From contig JAHHID010000001.1 in NCBI GenBank assembly GCA_019359015.1, positions 3,274 to 43,273 of the forward strand: DNA of 40,000 nucleotides. The letters are read 5' to 3'. This document shows, in pieces, positions 17,171-27,256 of the stretch (within the stretch, counting starts at the first letter, position 1; every line of letters begins with the position of its first letter). Below the pieces are notes generated by a model. It did no database searches. It saw only the letters and a program-made list of their open reading frames with translations, and had not been told where the DNA came from. The DNA is from Spirirestis rafaelensis WJT71-NPBG6 (GTDB lineage Bacteria; Cyanobacteriota; Cyanobacteriia; Cyanobacteriales; Nostocaceae). The translations under genes were made by a program, and so were the position numbers.

Positions 17171-18115
17171 CTAGCCGATCGCGATCGCAATCTTCCCCAC
17201 AGTTCGCTCACTTTCGCTGTATGTATGCGCTGCTGCTAATTCATTTAAAGGAAATGTGCGATCAATTACTGTTCGCATTTTCCCAGCTTCGACTAAATCC
17301 TTGAGGTAAGTAAAGTCCTCAGTGTTGGAATTAAGAAGAATGAATTTGGCTTTTTTCCCAGGAATCAGCGCAGTCAAAGCACCTTGTACAAAACTGTCAG
17401 GTGTAGGCAATGTAGTTATATAAATTCCGTTAGGTTTAAGAACTTCTTTGCAGCTAGAAAACGATTCTTTTGCCACCGCATCAAAGATAATGTCATACCG
17501 TGCAGCATCTTGAGTGAAATCTTGTTGTTTGTAATCAATCAAGCGATCGGCTCCCAAAGACTTCACCAAATCAAAGTTTTTGCTACTGCAAACAGCCGTC
17601 ACCTCAGCCCCGAAAATCTTCGCAAGTTGCACCGCAAAAATGCCCACACCACCCGAAGCACCATTTACCAAGACACTTTGTAACGGTTGAATGTTTCCCA
17701 AATCTCGCAAAGCTTGCAACGAAGTACCCGCAGCAACAGGTAAAGAAGCTGCTTCTTCATGTGTCATATTCGCGGGTTTAAGAGCCGCAACTTTTTCAGG
17801 AACAGCAGCGTATTCTGCATAAGCTCCCCCTAAAGCAACGCTTAAACAACCATAAATCAAATCTCCCGGCTTGAAGCGCGTCACAGCAGAGCCAACCTCT
17901 ACCACTTCACCCGACAAATCAAACCCCAAAATCTTCGGGAATGAATAACCCGTAATCAATTGCAGCATTCCTTGGCGGATTTTCCAATCAACCGGATTAA
18001 CGCTAGAAGCGTACACCTTCACTAGCAACTGATCTGATTTTATTTTTGGCTGCGGTAAATCCTCATACTGCAAAACATCAGCCGAACCATAACCACGAAT
18101 AGCGATCGCTTTCAT
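17171..18115 (-). CDS. NADPH:quinone oxidoreductase / zinc-type alcohol-dehydrogenase-like (MDR) protein
   Basis: MKAIAIRGYGSADVLQYEDLPQPK...VKVYASSVNPVDWKIRQG...VNGASGGVGIFAVQLAK. The ATG at 18115 is preceded by GGAGGGAG. The track start at 18145 adds 10 unlikely codons. Confidence 0.85.
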   Translation of the reverse strand: MKAIAIRGYGSADVLQYEDLPQPKIKSDQLLVKVYASSVNPVDWKIRQGMLQLITGYSFPKILGFDLSGEVVEVGSAVTRFKPGDLIYGCLSVALGGAYAEYAAVPEKVAALKPANMTHEEAASLPVAAGTSLQALRDLGNIQPLQSVLVNGASGGVGIFAVQLAKIFGAEVTAVCSSKNFDLVKSLGADRLIDYKQQDFTQDAARYDIIFDAVAKESFSSCKEVLKPNGIYITTLPTPDSFVQGALTALIPGKKAKFILLNSNTEDFTYLKDLVEAGKMRTVIDRTFPLNELAAAHTYSESERTVGKIAIAIG

Positions 18116-18148
18116 AATCTCCCTCCTGCAAATAAAAATTTTCAAGCC

Positions 18149-18466
18149 TTAATTACTTACTGCTCTCGTACACAAACGCTCTGGTTCCTCTCCTTCACAT
18201 CCTCTGCATTGTGGGAATGCCTTGTCTCCACGGCTATAAGGCACCGTAAGCATTCATATCAGGTCTTCCCCAATATAAAAGCAAAACTTTGCAGCCTAGC
18301 GCGTAGATTTGCAGCTTGTTCGGGGGTGATACCGCGAGATGGCAAATCAAAAGAACCAGATTTAGGAACGAAAGTAACAATGAAGGAGCGCTTCATCAAC
18401 ATCGGTGGGAACTTGCAGCAACTCAACTTTGCCGTTTTGATAAATTCCTTCTACTGATTGCAACAT
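18149..18466 (-). pseudogene. Decayed toxin-antitoxin pair: a frameshifted small antitoxin-like gene plus a truncated MazF/PemK-like toxin start
   Basis: Hand translation on the minus strand from ATG 18466 gives MLQSVEGIYQNGKVELLQVPTDVDEA, then a stop. The sequence continues in other frames as IVTFVPKSGSFDLPSRGITPEQAANLRARLQSFA and DWGRPDMNAYGAL*. An overlapping ATG at 18253 gives MLTVPYSRGDKAF..., ending after 34 aa. Confidence 0.4.
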
Positions 18467-18900
18467 TGGTTTTATTATTTAACGTAGGTTATGCCTAGCA
18501 TAACTTTTACAACATTCGCGATCGCCTACGGCGGGGCGAGAGCTTATCGCACTACAGATTTTATCTGGTAAGTCTTGATGTGCAAGGCGAGTTTCCCAGA
18601 TGCAACCTTGCGAAATGAAAGTGCGATCGCCCTTGATTTGCTTTCATATCCGCATCGCTACATGTCCCCACAGCAAAGCATTTGCGCCCTCATTCCCTGC
18701 TGAAATCTGCAACTTAATGTCATTAACATTCCTCAAAATATTAAAAAAAAATAAACGGCATTTTTTCCCTCAAAAAAATGATATGTTGTATACAGAATTG
18801 AATTTCGCAATTTTCTGGAGTAGCCCAGATAAGCCTACTCTAGATATTCGCCCCTTAAATCCGCCATAAATGGTATTTGTTGATGCATTTAAGGGTAGTT

Positions 18901-19106
18901 TGAGTACAACCAAAGAGAGATAAAAAAAAGCTAAAATTCTGCTTTAATCCTTATGAGGATTGGGTTAGAGTTGAGTACATCAAACCCCTGCACCCTCCTC
19001 TCTAAATACTAGTACCCCTATCAGAAAATACTAGTACCCCTACCCGGAAAAATATTTTTTAATTCTTGAAACTCAGATGTAAAGTGGGTTTCAGGTTTTG
19101 AGTACA
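18901..19106 (+). promoter_or_regulatory. Upstream motif array of nifB: three TGAGTACA boxes plus tandem AAATACTAGTACCCCTA units. It mirrors 16686-16891.
   Basis: The boxes are at 18901-18908, 18972-18979 and 19099-19106. Units span 19004-19047, with a degenerate third at 18981-19003. The array lies ~360 nt upstream of the nifB ATG. Confidence 0.5.
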
Positions 19107-19465
19107 AGTCTAATTAATTCAATAAATTCTATCCAGAGCAGCCGCTTCAACCCCTTTGTGAACGACTGATATAAATCTTATATCGCCAATCACTAAGCGC
19201 TCGGACAACGACAACAGCTTATTTTCCTCCCAGATAGAAGAGCGATTAGTGAGTGGAGGGATGAGATAGCACTATATCCTGTAAATAGAAGTCGCGGCTG
19301 TACAGACCAAGATTCAAACGTTGACACACACCAGCCGACGTTAACCAGGGTTTTACAACCTGAGTCATCAGACAAAGTGAGTAGAAGACGCGACTTCAAT
19401 TCTACAGGTAGTACTTCCATCTCCCACAGTGGCAGCCACAGTCCACCGATCCTTTGCGAGATTCA

Positions 19466-20899
19466 ATGACACTACCGTCTACAGAAGTTATCAACACCAC
19501 CGTCACAGAACCAACCAAAGCAAAATCCGGTGGTTGCGGACATAAGAGCGATACTAGCCATGTCGTCGAAATGGACGAAAAGACTAAAGAGCGCATCGCC
19601 AAACATCCTTGTTATAGTGAAGATGCACATCATCACTACGCTAGGCTGCACGTTGCAGTTGCGCCGGCTTGTAACATTCAATGCAACTATTGCAACCGGA
19701 AATATGACTGCGCGAACGAAAGTCGTCCTGGAGTAGTTAGCGAATTGCTAACTCCCGAAGAAGCAGCACACAAAGCATTGGTGATTGCAGGCAAGATTCC
19801 CCAAATGACAGTTGTGGGAATCGCCGGTCCTGGAGATCCACTAGCGAATCCAGAAAAGACCTTCCGCACCTTTGAGTTGATTGCAGAACAAGCACCGGAT
19901 ATTAAGCTTTGTCTGTCAACCAACGGTTTGATGCTCCCGGAATACGTCGATCGCATTAAACAACTAAATATCGATCACGTCACCATCACCATCAACATGG
20001 TAGACCCAGAAATCGGGGTCAAGATTTATCCTTGGGTTCACTACAACCGCAAGCGTTACAGAGGTATTGAAGGAGTTAAGATTCTGCACGAAAAGCAGAT
20101 GGAAGGACTCCAAGCTTTGAAAGAAGCTGACATCTTGTGCAAAGTCAACTCGGTGATGATTCCGGGAATTAATGACGAACACTTAGTAGAAGTAAATAGA
20201 GTCATTCGCTCCAAAGGTGCATTCTTGCACAACATTATGCCGTTGATTTCTGCACCAGAACACGGCACACACTTCGGCTTAACCGGGCAGCGCGGTCCTA
20301 CACCGAAAGAACTCAAGGCAGTTCAAGATGATTGCTCCGGCAACATGAAAATGATGCGCCATTGTCGTCAATGTCGTGCAGATGCGGTAGGATTATTAGG
20401 AGAAGACCGCAGCCAAGAATTTACCAAAGACAAAATCTTGGAAATAACACCCGAATACGACTTGGCTAAACGTCAAGAAGTCCACGAAGGTATCGAGAAG
20501 TTCCAACAAGAAATCAAAGCAGCTAAAGAAAAAGCCAAAGCTGACAAGAAAGTTGCTAACAGTCCCAAAATCTTAGTTGCAGTTGCAACCAAAGGTAGCG
20601 GATTGGTAAATCAACACTTCGGTCATGCGAAAGAATTCCAAATTTACGAAGTAGATGCTAACGAAGCTCGTTTTGTCAGTCATCGCAAAATAGACCACTT
20701 CTGCCAAAGTGGATATGGAGAAGAAGGCACACTAGAAAAAATCATTGAAGCGATCGCAGATTGTAAAGCGGTTTTAGTCTCCAAAATTGGTGACTCTCCC
20801 AAAACCAAATTGCAAAAAGCCGGAATACAGACTGTTGAAAGCTACGATGTCATCGAAAAAGTTGCTTTAGAGTTTTACCAACAATGCAATAAAGGCTAG
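19466..20899 (+). CDS. nifB: Nitrogenase FeMo-cofactor biosynthesis radical SAM protein NifB (with C-terminal NifX-like domain)
   Basis: [36 protein letters not shown]... plus a C-terminal NifX/NafY-like domain. The track start at 19454 is a TTG, so I prefer the ATG at 19466 (MTLPST). Confidence 0.95.
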   Translation: MTLPSTEVINTTVTEPTKAKSGGCGHKSDTSHVVEMDEKTKERIAKHPCYSEDAHHHYARLHVAVAPACNIQCNYCNRKYDCANESRPGVVSELLTPEEAAHKALVIAGKIPQMTVVGIAGPGDPLANPEKTFRTFELIAEQAPDIKLCLSTNGLMLPEYVDRIKQLNIDHVTITINMVDPEIGVKIYPWVHYNRKRYRGIEGVKILHEKQMEGLQALKEADILCKVNSVMIPGINDEHLVEVNRVIRSKGAFLHNIMPLISAPEHGTHFGLTGQRGPTPKELKAVQDDCSGNMKMMRHCRQCRADAVGLLGEDRSQEFTKDKILEITPEYDLAKRQEVHEGIEKFQQEIKAAKEKAKADKKVANSPKILVAVATKGSGLVNQHFGHAKEFQIYEVDANEARFVSHRKIDHFCQSGYGEEGTLEKIIEAIADCKAVLVSKIGDSPKTKLQKAGIQTVESYDVIEKVALEFYQQCNKG

Positions 20900-20908
20900 G
20901 GAATAAAG

Positions 20909-20973
20909 ACTGGGGACTGGGGACTGGGTTACTCGTTAAGAAAGTTATTTCCAATCCCCAATGCCCCATGCCC
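20909..20973. repeat. STRR1-type heptamer hairpin (ACTGGGG / CCCCA(A/T)T) between nifB and fdxN
   Basis: actggggactggggactggg faces ccaatccccaatgccccatgccc. Confidence 0.6.
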
Positions 20974-20995
20974 TAATATAATAAGGAGAATAATC

Positions 20996-21325
20996 ATGGC
21001 TTACAAAATTACCAGCCAATGTATTTCCTGCAATCTTTGTGAGTCTGTATGTCCAGTTGGTGCAATTAAAATAATTGACGGAAACCACTGGATTGACCCC
21101 GACCTTTGCACGAACTGTGTTGATAGTGTTTATAGTGTCCCTCAATGTAAAGCAGGTTGTCCCACTTGCAACGGTTGCGTTAAACAGCCAAACGATTACT
21201 GGGAATCATGGTTTGACACTTACAACAATATAGTCAAGAATCTAAAAAAAGAACCAGATTATTGGGAAACTTGGTTTAACTGTTATTCCCAGAAATACTC
21301 TGAACAGTTGCAAAAAAATCAATAG
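20996..21325 (+). CDS. fdxN: 2x[4Fe-4S] bacterial-type ferredoxin FdxN (uninterrupted)
   Basis: 109 aa: CISCNLCESVCPVGAI and CTNC...CKAGCP cysteine motifs. It sits between nifB and nifS. Confidence 0.9.
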   Translation: MAYKITSQCISCNLCESVCPVGAIKIIDGNHWIDPDLCTNCVDSVYSVPQCKAGCPTCNGCVKQPNDYWESWFDTYNNIVKNLKKEPDYWETWFNCYSQKYSEQLQKNQ

Positions 21326-21475
21326 CAAGTAACTATAATCAAAGTATAAGTTTCCCTTCTTGTATGAAGTGTGAAAAGTGAAATTACATCCTTTTTGCAA
21401 GTAAAGCACTTCATACTTCTAAAAACTTTAAATATAAAGACAATTTTGCGAAGCCGTTAAATTAAGTAGAAAGCA

Positions 21476-22690
21476 ATGCAAAAGAACTGCATTTACCTGG
21501 ATAACAACGCCACAACTAAAGTAGATCCAGAAGTTGTAGAGGCAATGATGCCTTACATGACAGATTTTTACGGTAATCCTTCGAGTATGCACACCTTTGG
21601 TGGGCAAGTTGGTAAAGCCGTAAAGCAAGCGCGTCAACAAGTTGCAGCCTTACTCGGAGCCGATGATTCAGAAATCATCTTCACCAGTTGCGGTACAGAA
21701 GGTGATAACGCTGCGATTCGCGCTGCTTTGTTAGCGCAACCGGAAAAGCGCCACATCGTCACCACCCAAGTAGAACATCCAGCGGTGCTGAATGTCTGCA
21801 AACAACTTGAAACTCAGGGTTACACTGTTACCTATTTGTCGGTGAATGGTAAGGGACAGTTGGATCTAGATGAACTAGAAGCCTCACTGACTGGTAACAC
21901 CGCTTTGGTGACGATTATGTACGCCAATAACGAAACCGGTGTGATTTTCCCAATTGAGCAAATTGGGTTGCGCGTGAAAGAGTATGGTGCTATATTTCAT
22001 ATAGACGCGGTGCAGGCGGTTGGTAAAATCCCGCTGAATATGAAGACCAGCACCATAGATATGCTTACGATGTCCGGTCACAAAATACATGCACCAAAAG
22101 GTATTGGTGTTTTGTATGTGCGACGCGGTGTAAGATTCCGTCCCTTCCTGATTGGTGGACAACAAGAACGCGGACGCCGTTCAGGAACAGAAAACGTTCC
22201 GGGAATTATCGCCTTGGGCAAAGCTGCGGAACTGGAAATGTTACACTTAGAAGAGGCGACAAAAAGAGAAAGAAAATTGCGCGATCGCCTGGAACAAGCT
22301 ATACTCTCCACAATCCCCGATTGCGAAGTTAACGGCGATACAACGCAGAGATTACCCAATACTACCAACATTGGCTTCAAGTATATCGAAGGTGAAGCAA
22401 TTCTCCTTTACTTAAACCAACACGGCATTTGTGCATCTTCCGGTTCTGCTTGTAGTTCTGGTTCTCTCGAACCTTCTCACGTTCTGCGAGCAATGGGTTT
22501 ACCCTACACCATTTTACACGGCTCAATCCGCTTCAGCCTCTGTCGCTACACAACAGAAGCCGAAATTGACCAAGTTATCGCGGTAATGCCCGGTATTATC
22601 CAACGTCTGCGTGATATGTCACCCTTCAAAAACGATCAAGCAGGTTGGTTGCAAGCACAAGAGCAAACACTAATAAAAGTTAAAAGTTAG
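21476..22690 (+). CDS. nifS: Cysteine desulfurase NifS
   Basis: 404 aa: IYLDNNATT...SGHKIHAPKGIGVLYVR...SSGSACSSGSLEPSHVL, class V aminotransferase / NifS. Confidence 0.95.
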   Translation: MQKNCIYLDNNATTKVDPEVVEAMMPYMTDFYGNPSSMHTFGGQVGKAVKQARQQVAALLGADDSEIIFTSCGTEGDNAAIRAALLAQPEKRHIVTTQVEHPAVLNVCKQLETQGYTVTYLSVNGKGQLDLDELEASLTGNTALVTIMYANNETGVIFPIEQIGLRVKEYGAIFHIDAVQAVGKIPLNMKTSTIDMLTMSGHKIHAPKGIGVLYVRRGVRFRPFLIGGQQERGRRSGTENVPGIIALGKAAELEMLHLEEATKRERKLRDRLEQAILSTIPDCEVNGDTTQRLPNTTNIGFKYIEGEAILLYLNQHGICASSGSACSSGSLEPSHVLRAMGLPYTILHGSIRFSLCRYTTEAEIDQVIAVMPGIIQRLRDMSPFKNDQAGWLQAQEQTLIKVKS

Positions 22691-22813
22691 GTAGAGACGT
22701 TCCGGCAGAACGTCTGTACGGGAGTTAGGAGTTTTGAATTAAGAAGTTGTTTAAACTCATCATTCCTAACTCATCATTCCTAACTGATCACTCCTAACTC
22801 ATCACTCCTAACT
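22691..22813. repeat. Hairpin gtagagacgttcc..gaacgtctgtac followed by an STRR heptamer array (TCCTAAC/TCATCAT type) between nifS and nifU
   Basis: A perfect 12-bp stem lies at 22691-22719. It is followed by ggagttaggagtt...ctcatcattcctaactcatcattcctaactgatcactcctaactcatcactcctaac. Confidence 0.6.
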
Positions 22814-22823
22814 AAATAAAACT

Positions 22824-23732
22824 ATGTGGGAATATACAGACAAAGTATTAGAACTCTTCTACAATCCCAAAAATCAGGGTGAAATTGAAGAAACTGCTGA
22901 ACAAAATGTTAAGATTGCTACTGGTGAAGTCGGTAGTATTGCTTGCGGTGATGCTCTAAGATTGCATCTAAAAGTTCAAGTTGATACAGACAAGATTCTT
23001 GATGCACGCTTTCAAACCTTTGGTTGTACGAGTGCGATCGCTTCAAGTAGTGCTTTGACTGAATTAGTTAAAGATTTAACTCTCGATGAAGCGCTGAAAG
23101 TCACAAACAAAGACATTGCCAATTATTTAGGTGGACTTCCTGAAGCAAAAATGCATTGTTCCGTGATGGGACAAGAAGCTTTAGAAGCTGCTATCTTTAA
23201 TTATCGAGGCATTGAGCGCGAAGTTCATGACGATGATGATGAAGGAGCGCTAATTTGTACCTGTTTTGGCATCAGCGATACAAAGATTCGCCGCGTAATT
23301 CGCGAGAATAGTCTTATCACCGCAGAGGAAGTAACAAATTACGTTAAAGCCGGTGGCGGATGCGGATCTTGTTTAGCGACTATTGATGATATAATTAAAG
23401 ATGTGCAAAGGGAATCTGCACTTCCAATCGCCGCTCCTGCAAGTAATAAGAGCGCGGTTGCTACAGAAATTGCTAAACGACCGCTGACGAGTGTCCAAAA
23501 AATCGCACTCATTCAAAAAGTACTGGATGAAGAAGTTAGACCTGTATTGCTAGCCGACGGCGGAGATGTTGAACTTTATGATGTCGAAGGCGATCATGTC
23601 AAGGTTTTACTCCAAGGTGCATGTGGTTCTTGTTCTAGCAGTACCGCAACCTTGAAAATTGCGATTGAAGCGAGATTGCGCGATCGCATTTCTCACAACA
23701 TAGTCGTCGAAGCAGTTGAGCCATCGTTTTAA
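22824..23732 (+). CDS. nifU: Fe-S cluster scaffold NifU
   Basis: 302 aa. Has an N-terminal IscU-like domain (GSIACGDALRLHL...FGCTSAIASS...MHCS), a central 2Fe-2S domain (CTCFG...GGGCGSC) and a C-terminal Nfu domain (GACGSCSSS). Confidence 0.95.
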   Translation: MWEYTDKVLELFYNPKNQGEIEETAEQNVKIATGEVGSIACGDALRLHLKVQVDTDKILDARFQTFGCTSAIASSSALTELVKDLTLDEALKVTNKDIANYLGGLPEAKMHCSVMGQEALEAAIFNYRGIEREVHDDDDEGALICTCFGISDTKIRRVIRENSLITAEEVTNYVKAGGGCGSCLATIDDIIKDVQRESALPIAAPASNKSAVATEIAKRPLTSVQKIALIQKVLDEEVRPVLLADGGDVELYDVEGDHVKVLLQGACGSCSSSTATLKIAIEARLRDRISHNIVVEAVEPSF

Positions 23733-23742
23733 AGCTTAAGTA

Positions 23743-23794
23743 CTCTACAAATACGTCATAGTATCAGCCAAGTACAGAAAGTAGGATTTGACCC
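23743..23794. repeat. Left arm of the inverted repeat bracketing glbN
   Basis: Block A ctctacaaatacgtcata (23743-23760) and block B aagtaggatttgaccc (23779-23794). See the right arm at 24325-24380. Confidence 0.65.
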
Positions 23795-23879
23795 ACATAA
23801 CTTGCGATCTTTCAGTCCTACTGACAACAGACAGCAACACCACATATTCGTCATCCAACTCGCTTCAAAGGAGAAAGAT

Positions 23880-24236
23880 ATGGACAAGTTGTACGACAAA
23901 CTTGGCGGACAACCGACTCTGGATAAAGTAGTCCAGGATTTCCACAAACGTATTTTAGCAGATAACACCCTCCAACCGTTTTTTGCTAATACAGATATGG
24001 AAAAGCAACGCCAGCATCAAGTTGCTTTCTTCGCTCAAATTTTTGAGGGTCCCAACCAATACTCTGGTCGGACAATGGAAAAAACCCACACGGGTATGAA
24101 TCTACAGCAATCACACTTCGATGCGATCGTTAAGCATTTGAAAGAATCAATGGCTGTAGGTGGTGCATCCGCAGAAGACACAAACGCAGCAGTTGCTCGT
24201 GTTGAAAAATTGAAGGGCGCTATTTTGAACAAGTAG
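23880..24236 (+). CDS. glbN: Group I truncated hemoglobin (cyanoglobin)
   Basis: 118 aa from the ATG at 23880 (AAAGGAGA upstream): MDKLYDKLGGQPTLDKVVQDFHKRILADNTLQPFFANTDMEKQRQHQVAFFAQIF.G...Y.GR.M...H..., a trHbN signature. Its nifU-glbN-nifH position matches what is known for Nostoc commune. Confidence 0.9.
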   Translation: MDKLYDKLGGQPTLDKVVQDFHKRILADNTLQPFFANTDMEKQRQHQVAFFAQIFEGPNQYSGRTMEKTHTGMNLQQSHFDAIVKHLKESMAVGGASAEDTNAAVARVEKLKGAILNK

Positions 24237-24247
24237 CCCCTGCGGGG

Positions 24248-24313
24248 AATTCAAAATTCAAAATTCAAAAAGAAGGCTTTAATTTTGAATTTCTAACTTT
24301 GGATTTTGAATTG
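24248..24313. repeat. AATTCAA-type heptamer hairpin 3' of glbN
   Basis: aattcaaaattcaaaattcaaaaa faces ttaattttgaatttctaactttggattttgaatt. Confidence 0.55.
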
Positions 24314-24324
24314 GAGCAAAGCGC

Positions 24325-24380
24325 GGGTCAAGTCCTACTTCGTATTAAGCACTAATACACATTATGACGTATTTGTAAAG
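24325..24380. repeat. Right arm of the inverted repeat bracketing glbN
   Basis: B' gggtcaagtcctactt (24325-24340) is the reverse complement of B at 15/16 positions. A' tatgacgtatttgtaaag (24363-24380) is the reverse complement of A at 17/18 positions. Confidence 0.65.
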
Positions 24381-24561
24381 TGCCTAATTCTTAGGTTCAT
24401 TGGTCATTAGTTTTAACTAATGATCAGTGACAAAAAATAATCATAAAACCAAAAGAAAACAAATTTAACGAGGAAACGAGGATGCTTTCAATAATTTTAG
24501 TGGGAGAGCGATCGCCTCCAGGCACGTTCTTCTCGCGGTCAGCGCTGTAAATCGGGCGTGA

Positions 24562-25506
<945 letters not shown>

Positions 25507-25534
25507 GTCGCGGCTCAGAAATAATGCTCGCTTT

Positions 25535-25634
25535 AAAAGGAAAAAGAAAAAAGGAGTAAATTGCATAATTTCCCTTTTACTTTCTCCCTTTCTTCTACCC
25601 CCCAGGGGACTACCAGTCCCCAACCCCTCAGGGG
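25535..25634. repeat. Purine-rich/pyrimidine-rich inverted repeat plus small CCCC..GGGG palindromes between nifH and nifD
   Basis: aaaaggaaaaagaaaaaaggagtaaa faces tttcccttttactttctccctttcttct, followed by ccccaggggactaccagtccccaacccctcagggg. Confidence 0.5.
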
Positions 25635-25702
25635 AAGATCGGCAATAAAATGTGCGCTTCCCTTCCTTATTCCCAGATCCTTAAGACCTACTGAGGCAGA
25701 AT

Positions 25703-27205
25703 ATGACACCTCCAGAAAACAAGAACATCATCGAAGAAAGAAAAGAACTTATTAAAGAAGTTCTAGAAGCTTACCCCGATAAAGCGAAGAAAAAACGGGA
25801 AAAGCACCTAAACGTATTTGAAGAAGGCAAAGCTGACTGCGGCGTTAAGTCTAACATCAAATCTCTTCCTGGTGTAATGACCGCTCGTGGTTGTGCTTAT
25901 GCCGGTTCTAAGGGTGTGGTCTGGGGTCCCATCAAAGACATGATCCACATCAGCCACGGTCCCGTGGGTTGTGGTTACTGGTCTTGGTCTGGTCGTCGTA
26001 ACTATTATATCGGTACCACAGGTATAGACAGCTTTGGCACCATGAACTTCACCTCCGACTTCCAAGAACGAGATATCGTTTTCGGTGGTGACAAAAAACT
26101 CTTAAAGCTAATCGAAGAACTTGATGTACTGTTCCCTCTCAACCGTGGTGTTTCCATTCAATCTGAATGTCCTATCGGTCTAATTGGGGATGACATTGAA
26201 GCTGTTGCTAAAAAAGCAGCAAAAGCGATTGAAAAGCCTGTTGTTCCCGTGCGTTGCGAAGGCTTCCGGGGTGTTTCCCAGTCCTTGGGACACCACATTG
26301 CGAACGACGCAGTGCGCGATTGGGTCTTTACTAAGGCAGATAAAGACAAGAAAGACGGCAAACTGCAATTAGAGTCTACCCCCTACGATGTAGCAGTCAT
26401 CGGTGACTACAACATCGGTGGTGATGCTTGGGCTAGCCGCATTTTGTTAGAAGAAATTGGCTTGCGCGTAGTCGCTCAGTGGTCAGGTGATGGCACCATC
26501 AATGAAATGATGATGACACCGAACGTGAAGATGAACTTGATTCACTGCTACCGTTCGATGAACTACATCAGCCGTCACATGGAAGAAACCTACGGTATTC
26601 CCTGGTTGGAATACAACTTCTTTGGTCCTACCAAGATTGCTGCATCGTTGCGCGAAATTGCTTCTAAATTTGACGAGAAGATCCAAGCAAACGCTGAGAA
26701 GGTCATCGCCAAATATCAGCCAACAATGGATGCGATCCTGGCGAAATATCGCCCAGGTTTGGAAGGTAAGACTGTCGCCATGATGGTTGGTGGTCTGCGT
26801 CCCCGTCACGTTGTACCCGCATTCCAAGATTTAGGAATGAAGATGATTGGTACAGGTTATGAGTTCGCTCATAATGACGATTACAAACGTACCAGCGCTT
26901 ACATCGAAAACGGCACCATCATTTACGATGACGTTACCGCTTATGAGTTTGAAAAGTTTGTGAAAGCACTCAAACCCGACCTCATCGCTTCTGGTGTGAA
27001 AGAGAAGTACGTTTTCCAAAAGATGGGTCTTCCTTTCCGTCAAATGCACTCTTGGGATTACTCCGGTCCTTATCACGGTTATGATGGCTTCGCTATCTTC
27101 GCTCGCGACATGGATCTAGCACTGAACAGCCCAACTTGGGGATTAATCGGCGCTCCTTGGAGCAAGAAAGCAGAAGCTAAAACACCAGAACCGGCGATCG
27201 CCTAA
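25703..27205 (+). CDS. nifD: Nitrogenase MoFe protein alpha chain (uninterrupted)
   Basis: 500 aa with [28 protein letters not shown]...HCYRSMNY. No delta-subunit (vnfG/anfG) gene lies between D and K, which fits the Mo type. Confidence 0.97.
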   Translation: MTPPENKNIIEERKELIKEVLEAYPDKAKKKREKHLNVFEEGKADCGVKSNIKSLPGVMTARGCAYAGSKGVVWGPIKDMIHISHGPVGCGYWSWSGRRNYYIGTTGIDSFGTMNFTSDFQERDIVFGGDKKLLKLIEELDVLFPLNRGVSIQSECPIGLIGDDIEAVAKKAAKAIEKPVVPVRCEGFRGVSQSLGHHIANDAVRDWVFTKADKDKKDGKLQLESTPYDVAVIGDYNIGGDAWASRILLEEIGLRVVAQWSGDGTINEMMMTPNVKMNLIHCYRSMNYISRHMEETYGIPWLEYNFFGPTKIAASLREIASKFDEKIQANAEKVIAKYQPTMDAILAKYRPGLEGKTVAMMVGGLRPRHVVPAFQDLGMKMIGTGYEFAHNDDYKRTSAYIENGTIIYDDVTAYEFEKFVKALKPDLIASGVKEKYVFQKMGLPFRQMHSWDYSGPYHGYDGFAIFARDMDLALNSPTWGLIGAPWSKKAEAKTPEPAIA

Positions 27206-27256
27206 AAAAATCGCAAAAAAAGGGATAGCCTGGGGCTAAAACCCCAGGAGAAAGTT

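Noticed and set aside
16963-17211. An 82-aa ORF overlapping the oxidoreductase 3' end
   Set aside because: The reading frame is generated by the G-rich/C-rich heptamer inverted repeat (…SPCLPLPHSPPPLPF…). It is repeat-derived, not coding.
18467-18900. Search for a cnfR/patB-like regulator or other gene upstream of nifB (ORFs 18316..18498 and 18600..18869)
   Set aside because: The translations lack ferredoxin-type Cys clusters and any HTH. All six frames are broken by stops. I treated the region as non-coding or decayed DNA.
16686-19106. Inverted 205-bp blocks considered as the ends of an autonomous transposon (Tn7/CAST-like ends with multiple binding sites)
   Set aside because: There is no transposase, tnsB/C, tniQ, cas12k or any recombinase between the blocks, and no obvious target-site duplication. 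Each block is oriented identically relative to the nif operon it precedes. I retained the idea only as the alternative, non-autonomous-element hypothesis.
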